The position numbers and the translations under genes are program-made. Positions 42,293 through 52,250 of a stretch of 54,232 nucleotides of DNA are shown here, piece after piece. Position 1 is the stretch's first letter, and every line of letters starts with the position of its first letter. Source of the stretch: an uncultured Spirochaetota bacterium (GTDB taxonomy: Bacteria > Spirochaetota > Spirochaetia > SZUA-6 > Fen-1364); NCBI GenBank assembly GCA_963745235.1, contig CAVUXE010000049.1:1-54232 (forward strand). The letters are read 5' to 3'. The notes below the pieces were generated by a model, which was given only the letters and a program-made list of their open reading frames with translations, was not told the origin of the DNA and did not search any database.

Positions 42293-42982
42293 TCAACGGT
42301 TCACCTCCAGGCTGTACCCGCGCCCCCGGAAACTGCGGATGACCCGCGGCGACTGGGTGTTGTCCCCCAGCTTCTTTCGAAGCCGACGGACGCACATCTT
42401 GATTGTCGAGCTCTCGACATAGTTCAACCCCCAGACGTTGAGGGCGAGCGCCTGGGGCGATATGACCTTTCCGGCATTACGAACGAAATAGGAAAGGAGC
42501 TTCCATTCCGTAGCGCTGAACTCGGTCTCGGCGCCGTCCACGTGGGCGCGGCCTGAGGCCATGTCGATGGAGGCTCGACCGACCTTGACCACCCCCTCGT
42601 CCTTCCAGAGCGCGGGCATATGGGCCCGCCGGAGCACCGCACGGATGCGAGCCAACAACTCGGTGTGAGAGAAAGGCTTCACGATGTAGTCGTCCGCCCC
42701 GTACTCCAGCCCCTTCACCCTGCTCATCTCGTCAGCTTTCGCGCTCACGATGAGAACAGGTGTATCCGAGAAGGTCCGGATTTCCTTGAGGAAATCCATC
42801 CCGTACCCGTCCAGGAGGGCAAGGTCCAGGATCACGGCATCCGGTGACTCGCTTTCCAGCATCTTCACCCCGGTCTTTCCGTTGGGGGTCGAGAGGATGA
42901 CACACTCCGGCCACCGTATGGAAAGGCAGAGCTTGATGCTCTCCACGACCTCCTGCGCATCCTCGATCACAAGCACCTTCAC
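42293..42982 (-). CDS. OmpR-family response regulator (paralog B)
   Basis: VIED, ILDL, DDYIVKPF, VRRLRKKL...RGRGY. Confidence 0.93.
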   Translation of the reverse strand: MKVLVIEDAQEVVESIKLCLSIRWPECVILSTPNGKTGVKMLESESPDAVILDLALLDGYGMDFLKEIRTFSDTPVLIVSAKADEMSRVKGLEYGADDYIVKPFSHTELLARIRAVLRRAHMPALWKDEGVVKVGRASIDMASGRAHVDGAETEFSATEWKLLSYFVRNAGKVISPQALALNVWGLNYVESSTIKMCVRRLRKKLGDNTQSPRVIRSFRGRGYSLEVNR

Positions 42983-43989
42983 CGCCGGTCACCTGCCTTT
43001 CCACGCGGGGGACGCAGAGGAAGCTCGACGCGGAAAAGGCTTCCCTTGTCCACCCCACTGTCTAATGTAATAAAACCGTGGTGCTGTTGAACAAGCTCCT
43101 TGCACAAGGCGAGCCCGATGCCAAGCCCGGGAATGTCGATGGAGCGGCCCTGCCCCCGATAGTTGGGTTGCCAGATCTTCAGCCGTTCCCACAATGACAC
43201 CCCGGGGCCGTAGTCCTGGACCTCGATACACAGAGTCTTTCCTTTGACAGATGCTCGAACATCGATGCGGCCGCCTTCTGCCCCGTACTTCAGCGCGTTG
43301 TCCAGGAGATTGCTCACGACCTGCTGGAGGCGATCAGGGTCGGCGAGGAGGGGAGGAATTTCCCCGGAGACCGTCAAACGCAGTTGGACGTCGGAGGACC
43401 CGGCCGAGGCGCGCTCGACGGCTCCGGCCAGCAGGGCCGGCACGTCGACGCGCCGGGGGTGAATGCTGAGGGCGCCGGTCTGAAACCCGACAAGGTCAAG
43501 GAGATCGTCAGCGCGGGCCCGAAGGATGTCGATGCTCGTCTGGATGTTTGCGAGGAGCCTCCCCTCGTTTGACCCCGGAGCCGAATGGAGGACCTCGGCA
43601 AGCATCCCCATGGAGTTGATCAGGCTGGTGAGGGGGGTACGGAGCTCATGGCTCACGGCCGCCGCAAACTGCATGACGTGGGTGATGGAGGCGCTCGTTT
43701 CCTTGAAACCGCGCAGGGCCATCTCGAAGGGAGACAGAGTCTCACAGAGAAACGTCGTGGACGCCTCAACGGCCTGCTCGGGGTCTTCAATACCTCCGGA
43801 TCTCAACATCGCCGCGAGGCTTTCCTGATGGATGACCACGACGTCGAGCAGCCCCAGGCCTTCCGCTATTGCCTGACGGCCGAGTGCGCCGGCTCGCACG
43901 AGCCTGAGCTCGTTCTTCTCGGACAGGTAGGCCATCAGGGCGGCAGCGTAATCTTCACGGAGGAGTGTCCTTGTGTCGGCCATGCTCAC
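42979..43989 (-). CDS. Cytoplasmic histidine kinase with an N-terminal RsbU_N-like domain
   Basis: YAAALMAYL...LGRQAIAEGLGLLDVVVIHQESL...FLCETLSPFEM, then SHELRTPL, NLLDNALKY, DYGPG and GLGIGL. No TM segment. Confidence 0.85.
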   Translation of the reverse strand: MSMADTRTLLREDYAAALMAYLSEKNELRLVRAGALGRQAIAEGLGLLDVVVIHQESLAAMLRSGGIEDPEQAVEASTTFLCETLSPFEMALRGFKETSASITHVMQFAAAVSHELRTPLTSLINSMGMLAEVLHSAPGSNEGRLLANIQTSIDILRARADDLLDLVGFQTGALSIHPRRVDVPALLAGAVERASAGSSDVQLRLTVSGEIPPLLADPDRLQQVVSNLLDNALKYGAEGGRIDVRASVKGKTLCIEVQDYGPGVSLWERLKIWQPNYRGQGRSIDIPGLGIGLALCKELVQQHHGFITLDSGVDKGSLFRVELPLRPPRGKAGDRR

Positions 43990-44603
43990 GGACCCGTGTA
44001 TCGGGCAACCAGAACGAGCGCGTCGTCCGTCGCGAGGGCGTAGCGGGAGATGATGCGCTCCGCAAGGGCCTGGGGTGCGCCGTCGAGCCGATCCTCCGTC
44101 GTGAACTCGATCCCGACGCCGTCTGTGGCCAGAATCATGGTATCACCTTTCACCAGGGGATGGGCGGTGGCGCGCACCGGAGGCATGATGTGGCCCACAA
44201 CTCCGCCGCGGAGGAGGAAGAAGTCCCGCTCCGCCTGGGATTCGCCGGGGGACTGGCGGATGATCATGCCCTGCACGTTTCCTACGCCCACCGAAAGGGC
44301 CCTCCCCGAGGCGGGCGCCAGGGAAACGATGGTCATCACGACGCCGCGGCTCTGGCGCAGCTCGCGGTGGCACTGTGCCACCAGCTCCTCCGGGTCGTTC
44401 GTCGGGGAGGCTTCGACAACGCCAACCGCTATTTCGGCCGCTCGCGCGGCTTCGCTGCCGTGTCCCAGCCCGTCAATGACGGAGAGGAGCACACCCTCCG
44501 GATGTTGCTTGACGACGTATCGGTCCCCATGCGCGGGCTCACCGCCGAGAGCCATCATTGCAACGCCATATGTCAGCCACCGGTTGCTTTGTGATACGGA
44601 CAT
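43986..44603 (-). CDS. rsbX: SpoIIE/PP2C phosphatase, RsbX-like
   Basis: HGD, IDGLGHG, GVGNV, ATDGV, DDALVL; downstream of rsbT. Confidence 0.8.
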   Translation of the reverse strand: MSVSQSNRWLTYGVAMMALGGEPAHGDRYVVKQHPEGVLLSVIDGLGHGSEAARAAEIAVGVVEASPTNDPEELVAQCHRELRQSRGVVMTIVSLAPASGRALSVGVGNVQGMIIRQSPGESQAERDFFLLRGGVVGHIMPPVRATAHPLVKGDTMILATDGVGIEFTTEDRLDGAPQALAERIISRYALATDDALVLVARYTGP

Positions 44604-44616
44604 TCCCTCACTCCCG

Positions 44617-45039
44617 CTACCGGTGCGTCAGCCACTTTTCCACGGTCACGGTTGTGCCCTTCTGAAGCGCGGAAACGATGGTAAAGTCATCCATCAACCG
44701 CCTGATGCCCGGCAGCCCCATCCCCAGCCCGCCGGAAGTGCTGTAGCCGTCCAGCATCGCTTTCTGGACGTCCGGGATGCCAGGCCCCTCGTCCCGCGCG
44801 ACGATGAGGAGGCCCTGCCGGTCCCCCTTTTTCAACCGCTGCACGACAAGCTCGCCGCGACCGGCATAGGCAAGCATGTTGCGGGCCATCTCGGACAGCG
44901 CAGTGACGATCTCAACGGTCTGCGTGACGGAAAATCCAAGCTCGAGTGCCAGAGCTCGCACGGACTGCCGGACGGAGAGCAGATCGCCGTCCGATGCGAT
45001 TGTTACGCGAATCTCGCCGTGCGGTCCCTCATTGCTCAC
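44617..45039 (-). CDS. rsbT: Stressosome Ser/Thr kinase
   Basis: SEMARNMLAYAG, DEGPGI, GYSTSGGLGMGLPG, GTTVTVEKW. Confidence 0.9.
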   Translation of the reverse strand: MSNEGPHGEIRVTIASDGDLLSVRQSVRALALELGFSVTQTVEIVTALSEMARNMLAYAGRGELVVQRLKKGDRQGLLIVARDEGPGIPDVQKAMLDGYSTSGGLGMGLPGIRRLMDDFTIVSALQKGTTVTVEKWLTHR

Positions 45040-45424
45040 CAGTTTGCCCTCTGGCCCGGGGGACCTCGCGGGGACGAGTCTTCCTTCCGAGATAGATGAG
45101 GCCTTCCTCCAGGTCGAGCGCCGTGGCGATATCAGGAAGCGAGAGACCGAGCTGCACCATCGTGAATGCAACCTCCGGCTGCATTCCCACGATCACCGTC
45201 TCCGCGCCACGCAGGCGGATCATGTGGGCCGTGTCACGGAGTGTGCGCGTCGCAAACGAATCCAGGATGTCGAGAGCAGTGAGATCGATGATCACCCCGC
45301 GCGAGCGAAGCCGGCCGACCCGTTCCACCAGGGCGTCCCTCAGCTGCGCCAGATCGGAATCCGACAAGGCAGACTGGATGGAGGCGATGAGGTAGTTGCC
45401 TTGCTTGAGAATAGGGACTTCCAC
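45029..45424 (-). CDS. rsbS: Stressosome STAS protein
   Basis: VPILK, IASIQ, LDILDSF (phospho-Ser), GMQPEVA, TALDLEEG. Confidence 0.9.
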   Translation of the reverse strand: MEVPILKQGNYLIASIQSALSDSDLAQLRDALVERVGRLRSRGVIIDLTALDILDSFATRTLRDTAHMIRLRGAETVIVGMQPEVAFTMVQLGLSLPDIATALDLEEGLIYLGRKTRPREVPRARGQTGEQ

Positions 45425-45436
45425 CTGGCGGCGCCT

Positions 45437-46399
45437 CTATCCCTCGACTCCTTCGCTCACGGGGGAGACCTTGTAGCCCAGGATATGCTCGGCTTCCTCG
45501 ATCCCTCCCTGCAGATCGCCAACCGTGTTCATCTTGCCCAGGTCCACGCCGATGTTGACCAGCGTCTGGGCGATGTCCGGCGAGAGGCCGGTGACGATGA
45601 CCGTTGCGCCAAGAAGGCGTGAGGCTTCCACCGTCTGCACGAGGTGGTTCGCAACGTTGGTATCCATGACGGGGACGCCGGTGATGTCTATGACGACCAC
45701 CCGTGCCCTGTTGGACCGGATGGCGACAAGCAGCTGCTCGGTTATCTGGCGTGCCCTCTGGGGATCGATGAGGCCGATGATGGGCAGGATGAGAAGCCTT
45801 TCACGAACCTGGAGGACCGGGGTCGACAGCTCGCGGATGGCTTCCTGCTGCTCGCGGATGACACGCTCCCTCTCCTGGACGAACCCGACGGCTACCGTGA
45901 TGGCGATGCGGTTCGCCGCCGGCTCGTACGCATCCAAAATCTCGTTCAGCTTGTCGAGATTGCTGTGATATTTGATGAACAGCGCGCGGGCCAGGACGTC
46001 GCGCAAGAGCAGAACAATTCCAACGACCTCGTTCGTTTCGACGCCACGGGGAATGATTCGCTCGGAAAGGTTCTGTGCGTAGGCCTGGAGAGCCTCGAAA
46101 GCCCCCGCCTCGAGGGCTTCCACGTACTGGTCGTAGATCGATGTTGCCTCCGCGTATATCTCGTCGCGGCTCATGGCGGTGAGGAGGCGCGCCTCGATTA
46201 TCCTGCGCAGCCACTCCTCCCTCAGTTGAGTCCGCTGGTCGCGCAAATGCGCAACCAGCTCCCGAAGGAGCTCCGCCGTCTGGGCATCCCGCGGTGGTTC
46301 CGGCAGGGCCTGTGTTATCGGCGGGTTGATTTGCCGTCTCTGACCGGCCTGCCCTCGCGGGCTCGAGGGACGGGTCTTGCTCGACTCATGGTCACTCAT
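45437..46399 (-). CDS. rsbR: Stressosome STAS protein with a helical (RsbRD_N/globin-like) N-terminal domain
   Basis: QQEAIRELSTPV, DITGVPVMDT, GLSPDIAQTLV. Confidence 0.9.
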   Translation of the reverse strand: MSDHESSKTRPSSPRGQAGQRRQINPPITQALPEPPRDAQTAELLRELVAHLRDQRTQLREEWLRRIIEARLLTAMSRDEIYAEATSIYDQYVEALEAGAFEALQAYAQNLSERIIPRGVETNEVVGIVLLLRDVLARALFIKYHSNLDKLNEILDAYEPAANRIAITVAVGFVQERERVIREQQEAIRELSTPVLQVRERLLILPIIGLIDPQRARQITEQLLVAIRSNRARVVVIDITGVPVMDTNVANHLVQTVEASRLLGATVIVTGLSPDIAQTLVNIGVDLGKMNTVGDLQGGIEEAEHILGYKVSPVSEGVEG

Positions 46400-46927
46400 T
46401 GTTCCCTCCACGCGTTTCAGAGGACGTTAATGTGACCGGGTAACTGCCATGATCACAAGAATAACAAGAAAGGAACAACCGGGCCACTTCCCAGTCCGAC
46501 GTTTCTTCATCTCTCGATCTGGACTTTGAGCCCCCGTTGCTCGGCAAATGACGTGTAATGCCGGACAGCGAGCCTCAGAGCCTTGTCGGGGGATTCAGCG
46601 AGCAGCTGCAACGGCACACGCGGGGCCTGAATGTCGTGCTCCCTCAGCACGAGAGCGGCGACGCAGTAGTAAAGGCCGATTTGTCGCGCCTCGAGGTGGT
46701 AGATGGCAAGCTTCCTGGGGAAGCCGAACTCCGTGTGGTCCTTGCTGACGAGGACGACAGTCGCAGAAGCAATCTTTTCCTAGGACCCGGAAACAATACA
46801 GGTCGCAATGGTAACACGCAGGTACTCACTTGGATACTAGGCAGCTACAAAAGGGGTTCGCTTGTGCATTTGACACAGGCCCCGACACGAAACATACTTC
46901 CCGTCAACCAAGGCGGGGTCTGGTGGG

Positions 46928-47959
46928 ATGAGCAAGGACGAAGCGAGTGATCTGAAAAGAAGGATCGAAAAGCTCGAAGAAGCTGTGGCGCGGCTGCAAA
47001 CGGAAAATGAAAGCCTCCACGTCAGCGACGAGCGCTACCGGGCCTTGTTCGAGGCCCTGCCCGTGTCCCTCCAGGTGGTGGACCGCGACGGCCTGATCCT
47101 TGAGGTAAACCCTTTCCACGTTGCCCACATGGGCAACGGCCGCACCACGCTGGCGGATTATCAGGGGCAGAATATCACCACACGAAGGAGCGTCGCTGCG
47201 GCGGGCCTCACGCAGGAGTACAGCAACGTGCTCAGGGGAATGCCGTTCGAGAGATCAGAAGTGCTGTACCCTGCCCTCTCTGGCGGCGGGGAGGGCTACT
47301 TCAACGTGCGCGGAGTCCCTTTGAAGAAGGGCGGTGAAATTGTCGGGGCAATCTACATCCTGGAGGACGTTTCCGTCCTGAAGAGGGCAAAAGACGAGCT
47401 GGTTCGCGCGAATGACAGGCTCAAGGCGCAGATGGAAGAGATCCGGCAGCTTCATTCGGACTTGAGTGAACAGGTGATCAGGGATCCTCTGACCGCTTTG
47501 CACAACCGCCGCTACCTGAATGAAACTCTTGACCGCGAGCTGGTCAGAGCGGGTCGTGAGGCGTACCGCGTCGGCCTGGTGATGATCGATATCGACAACT
47601 TCAAGGAAATCAATGACAGCTACGGCCACGACGCGGGGGACCAGGTGCTGAAGAACCTGGCCTGCCACCTGGCCGGGCGGGCCCGCAGAAGTGATCTGGT
47701 CTGCCGGCTCGGCGGTGATGAGTTCCTGCTCGTCATGCCCAAAGCAGATGGCGCAAATACCTTCAAACGCGCCGAGCAGCTTCGCAGATCCTTTGAAGAC
47801 TCGACGGCCATCATCAATGGATCGGAAGTTCGATCAACACTTTCTGCGGGAGTAGCCCTGTTCCCTGATCAGGGATCTACCAGCGGGGAGGTCATTGCGG
47901 CCGCCGACCGGGCCTTGTATGAGTCGAAGAGAAGCGGCCGCAATCGAACCAGCGCCTGA
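46928..47959 (+). CDS. PAS + GGDEF diguanylate cyclase
   Basis: Coiled coil, PAS-like region, DPLTALHNRR, DIDNFK, RRSD I-site, GGDEF. Confidence 0.92.
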   Translation: MSKDEASDLKRRIEKLEEAVARLQTENESLHVSDERYRALFEALPVSLQVVDRDGLILEVNPFHVAHMGNGRTTLADYQGQNITTRRSVAAAGLTQEYSNVLRGMPFERSEVLYPALSGGGEGYFNVRGVPLKKGGEIVGAIYILEDVSVLKRAKDELVRANDRLKAQMEEIRQLHSDLSEQVIRDPLTALHNRRYLNETLDRELVRAGREAYRVGLVMIDIDNFKEINDSYGHDAGDQVLKNLACHLAGRARRSDLVCRLGGDEFLLVMPKADGANTFKRAEQLRRSFEDSTAIINGSEVRSTLSAGVALFPDQGSTSGEVIAAADRALYESKRSGRNRTSA

Positions 47960-47966
47960 GCGTCCC

Positions 47967-48650
47967 CTACTCTGACCCTGTCTCGAGTCGCTCGAGTGCC
48001 TCCGTGCCTTCCAGGAAATGGTTGTACAGCCCGTAATCGAGGGCCGCGTATCCCGCGTTGTTCCGTGCCTTTGCGTCCGCGCCGGCCTCCAGCAGTGCCA
48101 TGACGACGCCAGGGCTGTGGTTCCTGCTTGCGGCTTCCATCAGGGGGGTCCACCCGTAATGGTCCTTCTGATCCACATCTTCGCCGGCTTTCAGGAGCCT
48201 CGTGATGACCTCCGGGTTCCCGTTGTACTCAGCCGCCATGAGGAGCGGTGTGAAACCATCCTGGTCAACGACACGGTCGTTTGCACCGGCCGTGAGGAGC
48301 GCGGTGATCACCTCGGGGTTCGCGTTCGACTGGGCGGCCCACATCAACGCCGTCCATTTGTAGTCTCCGCCGTCCGGCACGGCCTCGATATCCGCGCCGG
48401 CCTTCAGCAGCACGGAAATCACCCCGGGATCCTCGTTGTCTTTCGCAGCGACCAGAAGCGGGGTGAAACCCCTTTCCTCCCGCGCATGGACGTCCGCCCC
48501 CCTGCTGATGGCGCTTTGCACATCCCGTGAGGTTCCGTTGGCCGCCAGGTCGAAGAAATCCGCCGCATTTGCAATTGTTGCACATCCGTCCAGGGAAACG
48601 AGAGTTGTCAGTGCTGAAAAGGCGCCGACGAAAAACCAACGACCTTTCAC
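47967..48650 (-). CDS. Exported ankyrin-repeat protein
   Basis: Repeated GFTPLL.AA..N..P.VI..LL.AGAD units and a hydrophobic N-terminus with a Cys. Confidence 0.88.
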   Translation of the reverse strand: MKGRWFFVGAFSALTTLVSLDGCATIANAADFFDLAANGTSRDVQSAISRGADVHAREERGFTPLLVAAKDNEDPGVISVLLKAGADIEAVPDGGDYKWTALMWAAQSNANPEVITALLTAGANDRVVDQDGFTPLLMAAEYNGNPEVITRLLKAGEDVDQKDHYGWTPLMEAASRNHSPGVVMALLEAGADAKARNNAGYAALDYGLYNHFLEGTEALERLETGSE

Positions 48651-48756
48651 AAGACCTCCTGATCAATAGGCTCGTTGACGCATGCCGTCCTGGTCAACCC
48701 CTTTGCCGCGGGAGGGCCGGCAGGCTATCTTCAACTCTGCAAAGGAGAGAACCGGC

Positions 48757-49491
48757 GTGGATTTTTCAGGAAATGAAGTCCTCATCACGGGCGGCGCAAC
48801 CGGCATAGGGCTCGGGTTGGCTGAGAAGTTCCTGGCCGCGGGCAGCCGGGTGGCGATATGCGGCCGAAGGAAAGAGGCCCTGGAGGAAGCCGCAAGGAAG
48901 CACCCGGGCCTGGTCACCTGCCCGTGCGATCTCACCAGGGAATCCGAAAGACTCAGCCTCTCGCGGTGGATCATCGGGAAGCTTCCCCGGCTGAATGTCC
49001 TGGTGAACAACGCGGGAATCCAGCAGCGTATGAGGGTCGACCAGGAGGACTTCTGGCCCCGGGCAAAGGAAGAAATCGCCATCAACTGGGAAGCACCCGT
49101 CCACCTGACGTGCCTTCTCCTGGAAACGCTGAAAAAATCCGGCAAGGCCAGCCTCATCAACGTCACGTCCGGCCTCGCCTTCGTTCCCCTGGCTGGCGCC
49201 CCGGTCTACTGCGCAACGAAAGCTGCCTTTCATTCCTTCACGCGTTCGCTGCGGCCTCTCCTCGCGGGCAGCGGCATCGAAGTCATCGAGATCATACCTC
49301 CCGCGGTCAACACGGACCTGGGCGGCGTAGGCCTGCATACCACGGGAACGCCCCTGGAGGAGTTCATCTCTGCCGTGGCGCGGCAACTGCAGGAGGGAAA
49401 AACGGAGGTGTCGTACGGCTTCAGCGAAAAGGTGAGCCACGCCTCGCGGGACGAGCTGGAACAGACCTTCCAGAGAATGAACTCACGATGA
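48757..49491 (+). CDS. SDR oxidoreductase (DltE-like)
   Basis: TGGATGIG, NNAG, SGLAFVP, YCATK. Confidence 0.9.
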   Translation: MDFSGNEVLITGGATGIGLGLAEKFLAAGSRVAICGRRKEALEEAARKHPGLVTCPCDLTRESERLSLSRWIIGKLPRLNVLVNNAGIQQRMRVDQEDFWPRAKEEIAINWEAPVHLTCLLLETLKKSGKASLINVTSGLAFVPLAGAPVYCATKAAFHSFTRSLRPLLAGSGIEVIEIIPPAVNTDLGGVGLHTTGTPLEEFISAVARQLQEGKTEVSYGFSEKVSHASRDELEQTFQRMNSR

Positions 49492-51322
49492 AAAGGCTCT
49501 CTTTGCTGCCTCTCGCCCTCCTCCTCCTCGCAGGGCCGCCCTCTTCGGTCTCGGCACAGGTGCGTCACGTGTACGACCGCGGATCCGCCGGGGTGCTCCA
49601 GAGGATCGAGGAGCTGCGCACAACGGCAAGCGTGCTGCTGATTGGCGCGCACCCCGATGATGAGGATTCCGCCTTTATCGCCCGCGCGGCACGGGGTGAC
49701 CATGCTCGAGTTGCATACCTGTCGCTCAACAGGGGGGAAGGCGGTCAGAACGTGATCGGGCCCGAGCAGTACGACGCGCTTGGCGTCATCAGGACAGAAG
49801 AGCTGCTCCAGGCGCGCGCGCTTGACGGAGGCCAGCAGTTCTTCGCCCGCACCTATGACTTCGGATTCTCCAAGACGCTTCAGGAAGCCTCCCGCCTCTG
49901 GGGGGACCAGGAGGTACTTCGGGACATGGTGCGGGTCATTCGGACCTTCCGCCCGCTTGTCGTGTATTCCATCTTCAGTGGAACTCCTGCGGACGGCCAT
50001 GGGCACCACCAGCTTTCGGGCAAGCTGGCGCCGCTGGCGTATCGGGCAGCCGGAGATCCCGCCCAGTTTCCCGAGCAGATTGCCGAGGGCCTGAGACCAT
50101 GGCGGCCTTTCAAGTTGTACCGCGCCGCTCTCCCTGATGAGACTCCGACCACGCACGTGCAGACCGGCGAGCTCGATCCGTTGCTCGGCCGCACCTATGC
50201 CGAGATAGCCGCGGAAGGACGAAGCCAGCACAAGTCACAGGCCCAGGGGACCCTGGAAGAGCGCGGACCCGAGGAATCGACCCTCGTCCTCCTGGACTCG
50301 ACCGTGAAGACGCAGCCTTCGGAGACGAGCGTATTCGATGGCATCGACACTTCCATTCCCGGCCTTGCACGACTGACGGGGCTGGCGCCCGGCGCGCTTT
50401 CGGCCGAGCTGGACGCAATAGACCTTGCCGAAGGAAAGGCCCTTGGTGGGTTCGACCTCCGGGAGCCTGCGCGCTCGGTGAAGGACCTGGCGGAGGTCCT
50501 GGATGCAATCCGAGCTGCCCGGGAAGCGCTGAAAGCAGGCGCAAATGCAAGCGCCAGGGCGGATGCTGACTTCATCCTGGCCGACAAGGAAAGGCTCGCG
50601 GTCCTGGCTCTCCGCGAGGCCTCGGGTACCGTGATAGATGCAATCTCCGCCACCGAGACAGTCGCGCCGGGAGAGTCATTCTCATCGACCGTACGGGTCT
50701 TCCTTTCGCAGCCGTCAGTCGTCAAGATCACACGCGTCAGCCTGAGGACACCGGAGGGCTGGCTTGTCCGGTCGGTGAAAGCGCTGCCTTCCAAGCCTTC
50801 GATGGCCGGGATGTTCGAGATCCGAGAGGCGGCAAACGAAGAGGATTCCTTCATGATCTCTGTTCCCGTGGATGCCCGGCCCACCCAGCCGTATTGGCTG
50901 ACCGCGCCGCGCCAGGGCTTTCTCTACACGTGGCCTGACGGATCGCCCAAGGGGGCGCCATTCGGTCCGCCTCAGGTCGTCGCCGAGGTCCAGGCGGTGA
51001 TTGGCGGCGCCCAGGTGTCCCTGACCCAGCCTCTGCAGTACCGCTTCGTGGACCAGGCCCGCGGCGAGCTTCGCCGCGACGTGGACGTCGTGCCCTCCGT
51101 CACCGTTGCGTTCGACTCGCCGCTGGAAATAGTGCCCCTCGTGAAGGCAGGGCAGCCCCGGCGGGTCGTCGTACGCCTCCAGTCAAACGCGCAGGCGGCG
51201 ATATCCGGTAACGTGATGCTCCAGGCGCCGGCGGGGTGGAAGGTGAGGCCACCTACCGAGCCGTTTGCCCTTGAAAGAAAGGGTGAACACTCCGCTGTCG
51301 CCTTCGAGGTTACTCCGGGCAA
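49488..51322 (+). CDS. Secreted PIG-L/LmbE family deacetylase, 3'-truncated by a chimeric junction
   Basis: Signal peptide, AHPDDED, RGEGGQN, DFGFSK, HGHH, and NEW3-like PEGW/PAGW segments. Abrupt switch to AT-rich DNA at about 51323. Confidence 0.88.
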
Positions 51323-52229
51323 GGGCCGAATTTACACTTAATTCTAACCAAATTGAGCTTGTGTTGAATAGCTGTGAGCAAGAAAAGGATGTTGAATTTT
51401 TTATTTTATTTATACAGCCAAATATATAATCACATTGCAGTGGAAAGGGACCATGTGGAAAGAGATTTGTTCATTATATAAACATTTGGAAATGAATTCT
51501 CGTAACCATCTCAGCCTGTTAGTACCAATGTACTTTAAATCTGATTTTGGAAAGAGTCTTGAACTCGTTAAAAAAGTCCTGGACAAGTACAAGTATTATA
51601 ACATTGAATTGGATTCAGATTCAGTGAAGATAATCGTCTGCCATTTTATTCAAATGGGAAATTTAGATTGTGCTAAAAACTTACTTCTAAAATTAATACA
51701 ACAAGGCTGTCTGGTGCAGGTTGATGCTATGTGTTCTGATTTGATAATCTATTTTATTTATAAGGCAGTTAATTGTTAAGCTGAGGAATTTTTTGATAAA
51801 AATGTGAAAGTTTGTTTGGAATTATTCAAGAATTTGGAAACTATTCCCAAACAAGCAACTGAAGTATTATTTGATTCAGTTGTTGACAAGTTTTTGCTGT
51901 ATGAATTGAAAGAATTGCTGGAGATTGTTGGAACCAGTGATAATTTATTTCAAACTGTTAATATTTATAAATTATTGGACTGTACTTTGAAATATCAAGA
52001 TTATCCAACCTGCATTGAATTCTTGATTCAATTAATCAATTCTGGTGCTACACTTGAGGCTCATCATTTTTCGTATATTTTTGATTCAATTGTTGAATTT
52101 AATCCCTATTCAAACAGGGATCCTAATTAAAATTTGAGGATTTGAAAAGGTTTTTGATACAGTTGAAGGATAAGGCACCAGTTATTGCAGGGACTGAGAG
52201 AAGTAAGAGAAGGAATTACGAAAACTTGC
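51323..52229 (+). other. Foreign AT-rich fragment (helical-repeat coding, probably eukaryotic or a low-GC organism); likely chimera
   Basis: Sharp compositional switch. ORFs 51435 and 51804 are Leu/Ile/Lys/Phe-rich. No recognisable mobile-element ends. Confidence 0.7.
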
Positions 52230-52250
52230 ACTAAAAATTGAGGCCCGAAG

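Noticed and set aside
24577-51322. tRNA-anchored integrative island or prophage
   Set aside because: I saw no integrase, phage genes or repeated tRNA 3' end.
52230-52250. Hairpin telomere of a linear replicon
   Set aside because: The turn lies in foreign AT-rich DNA, the second arm is error-laden, and it ends in an adapter-like sequence.
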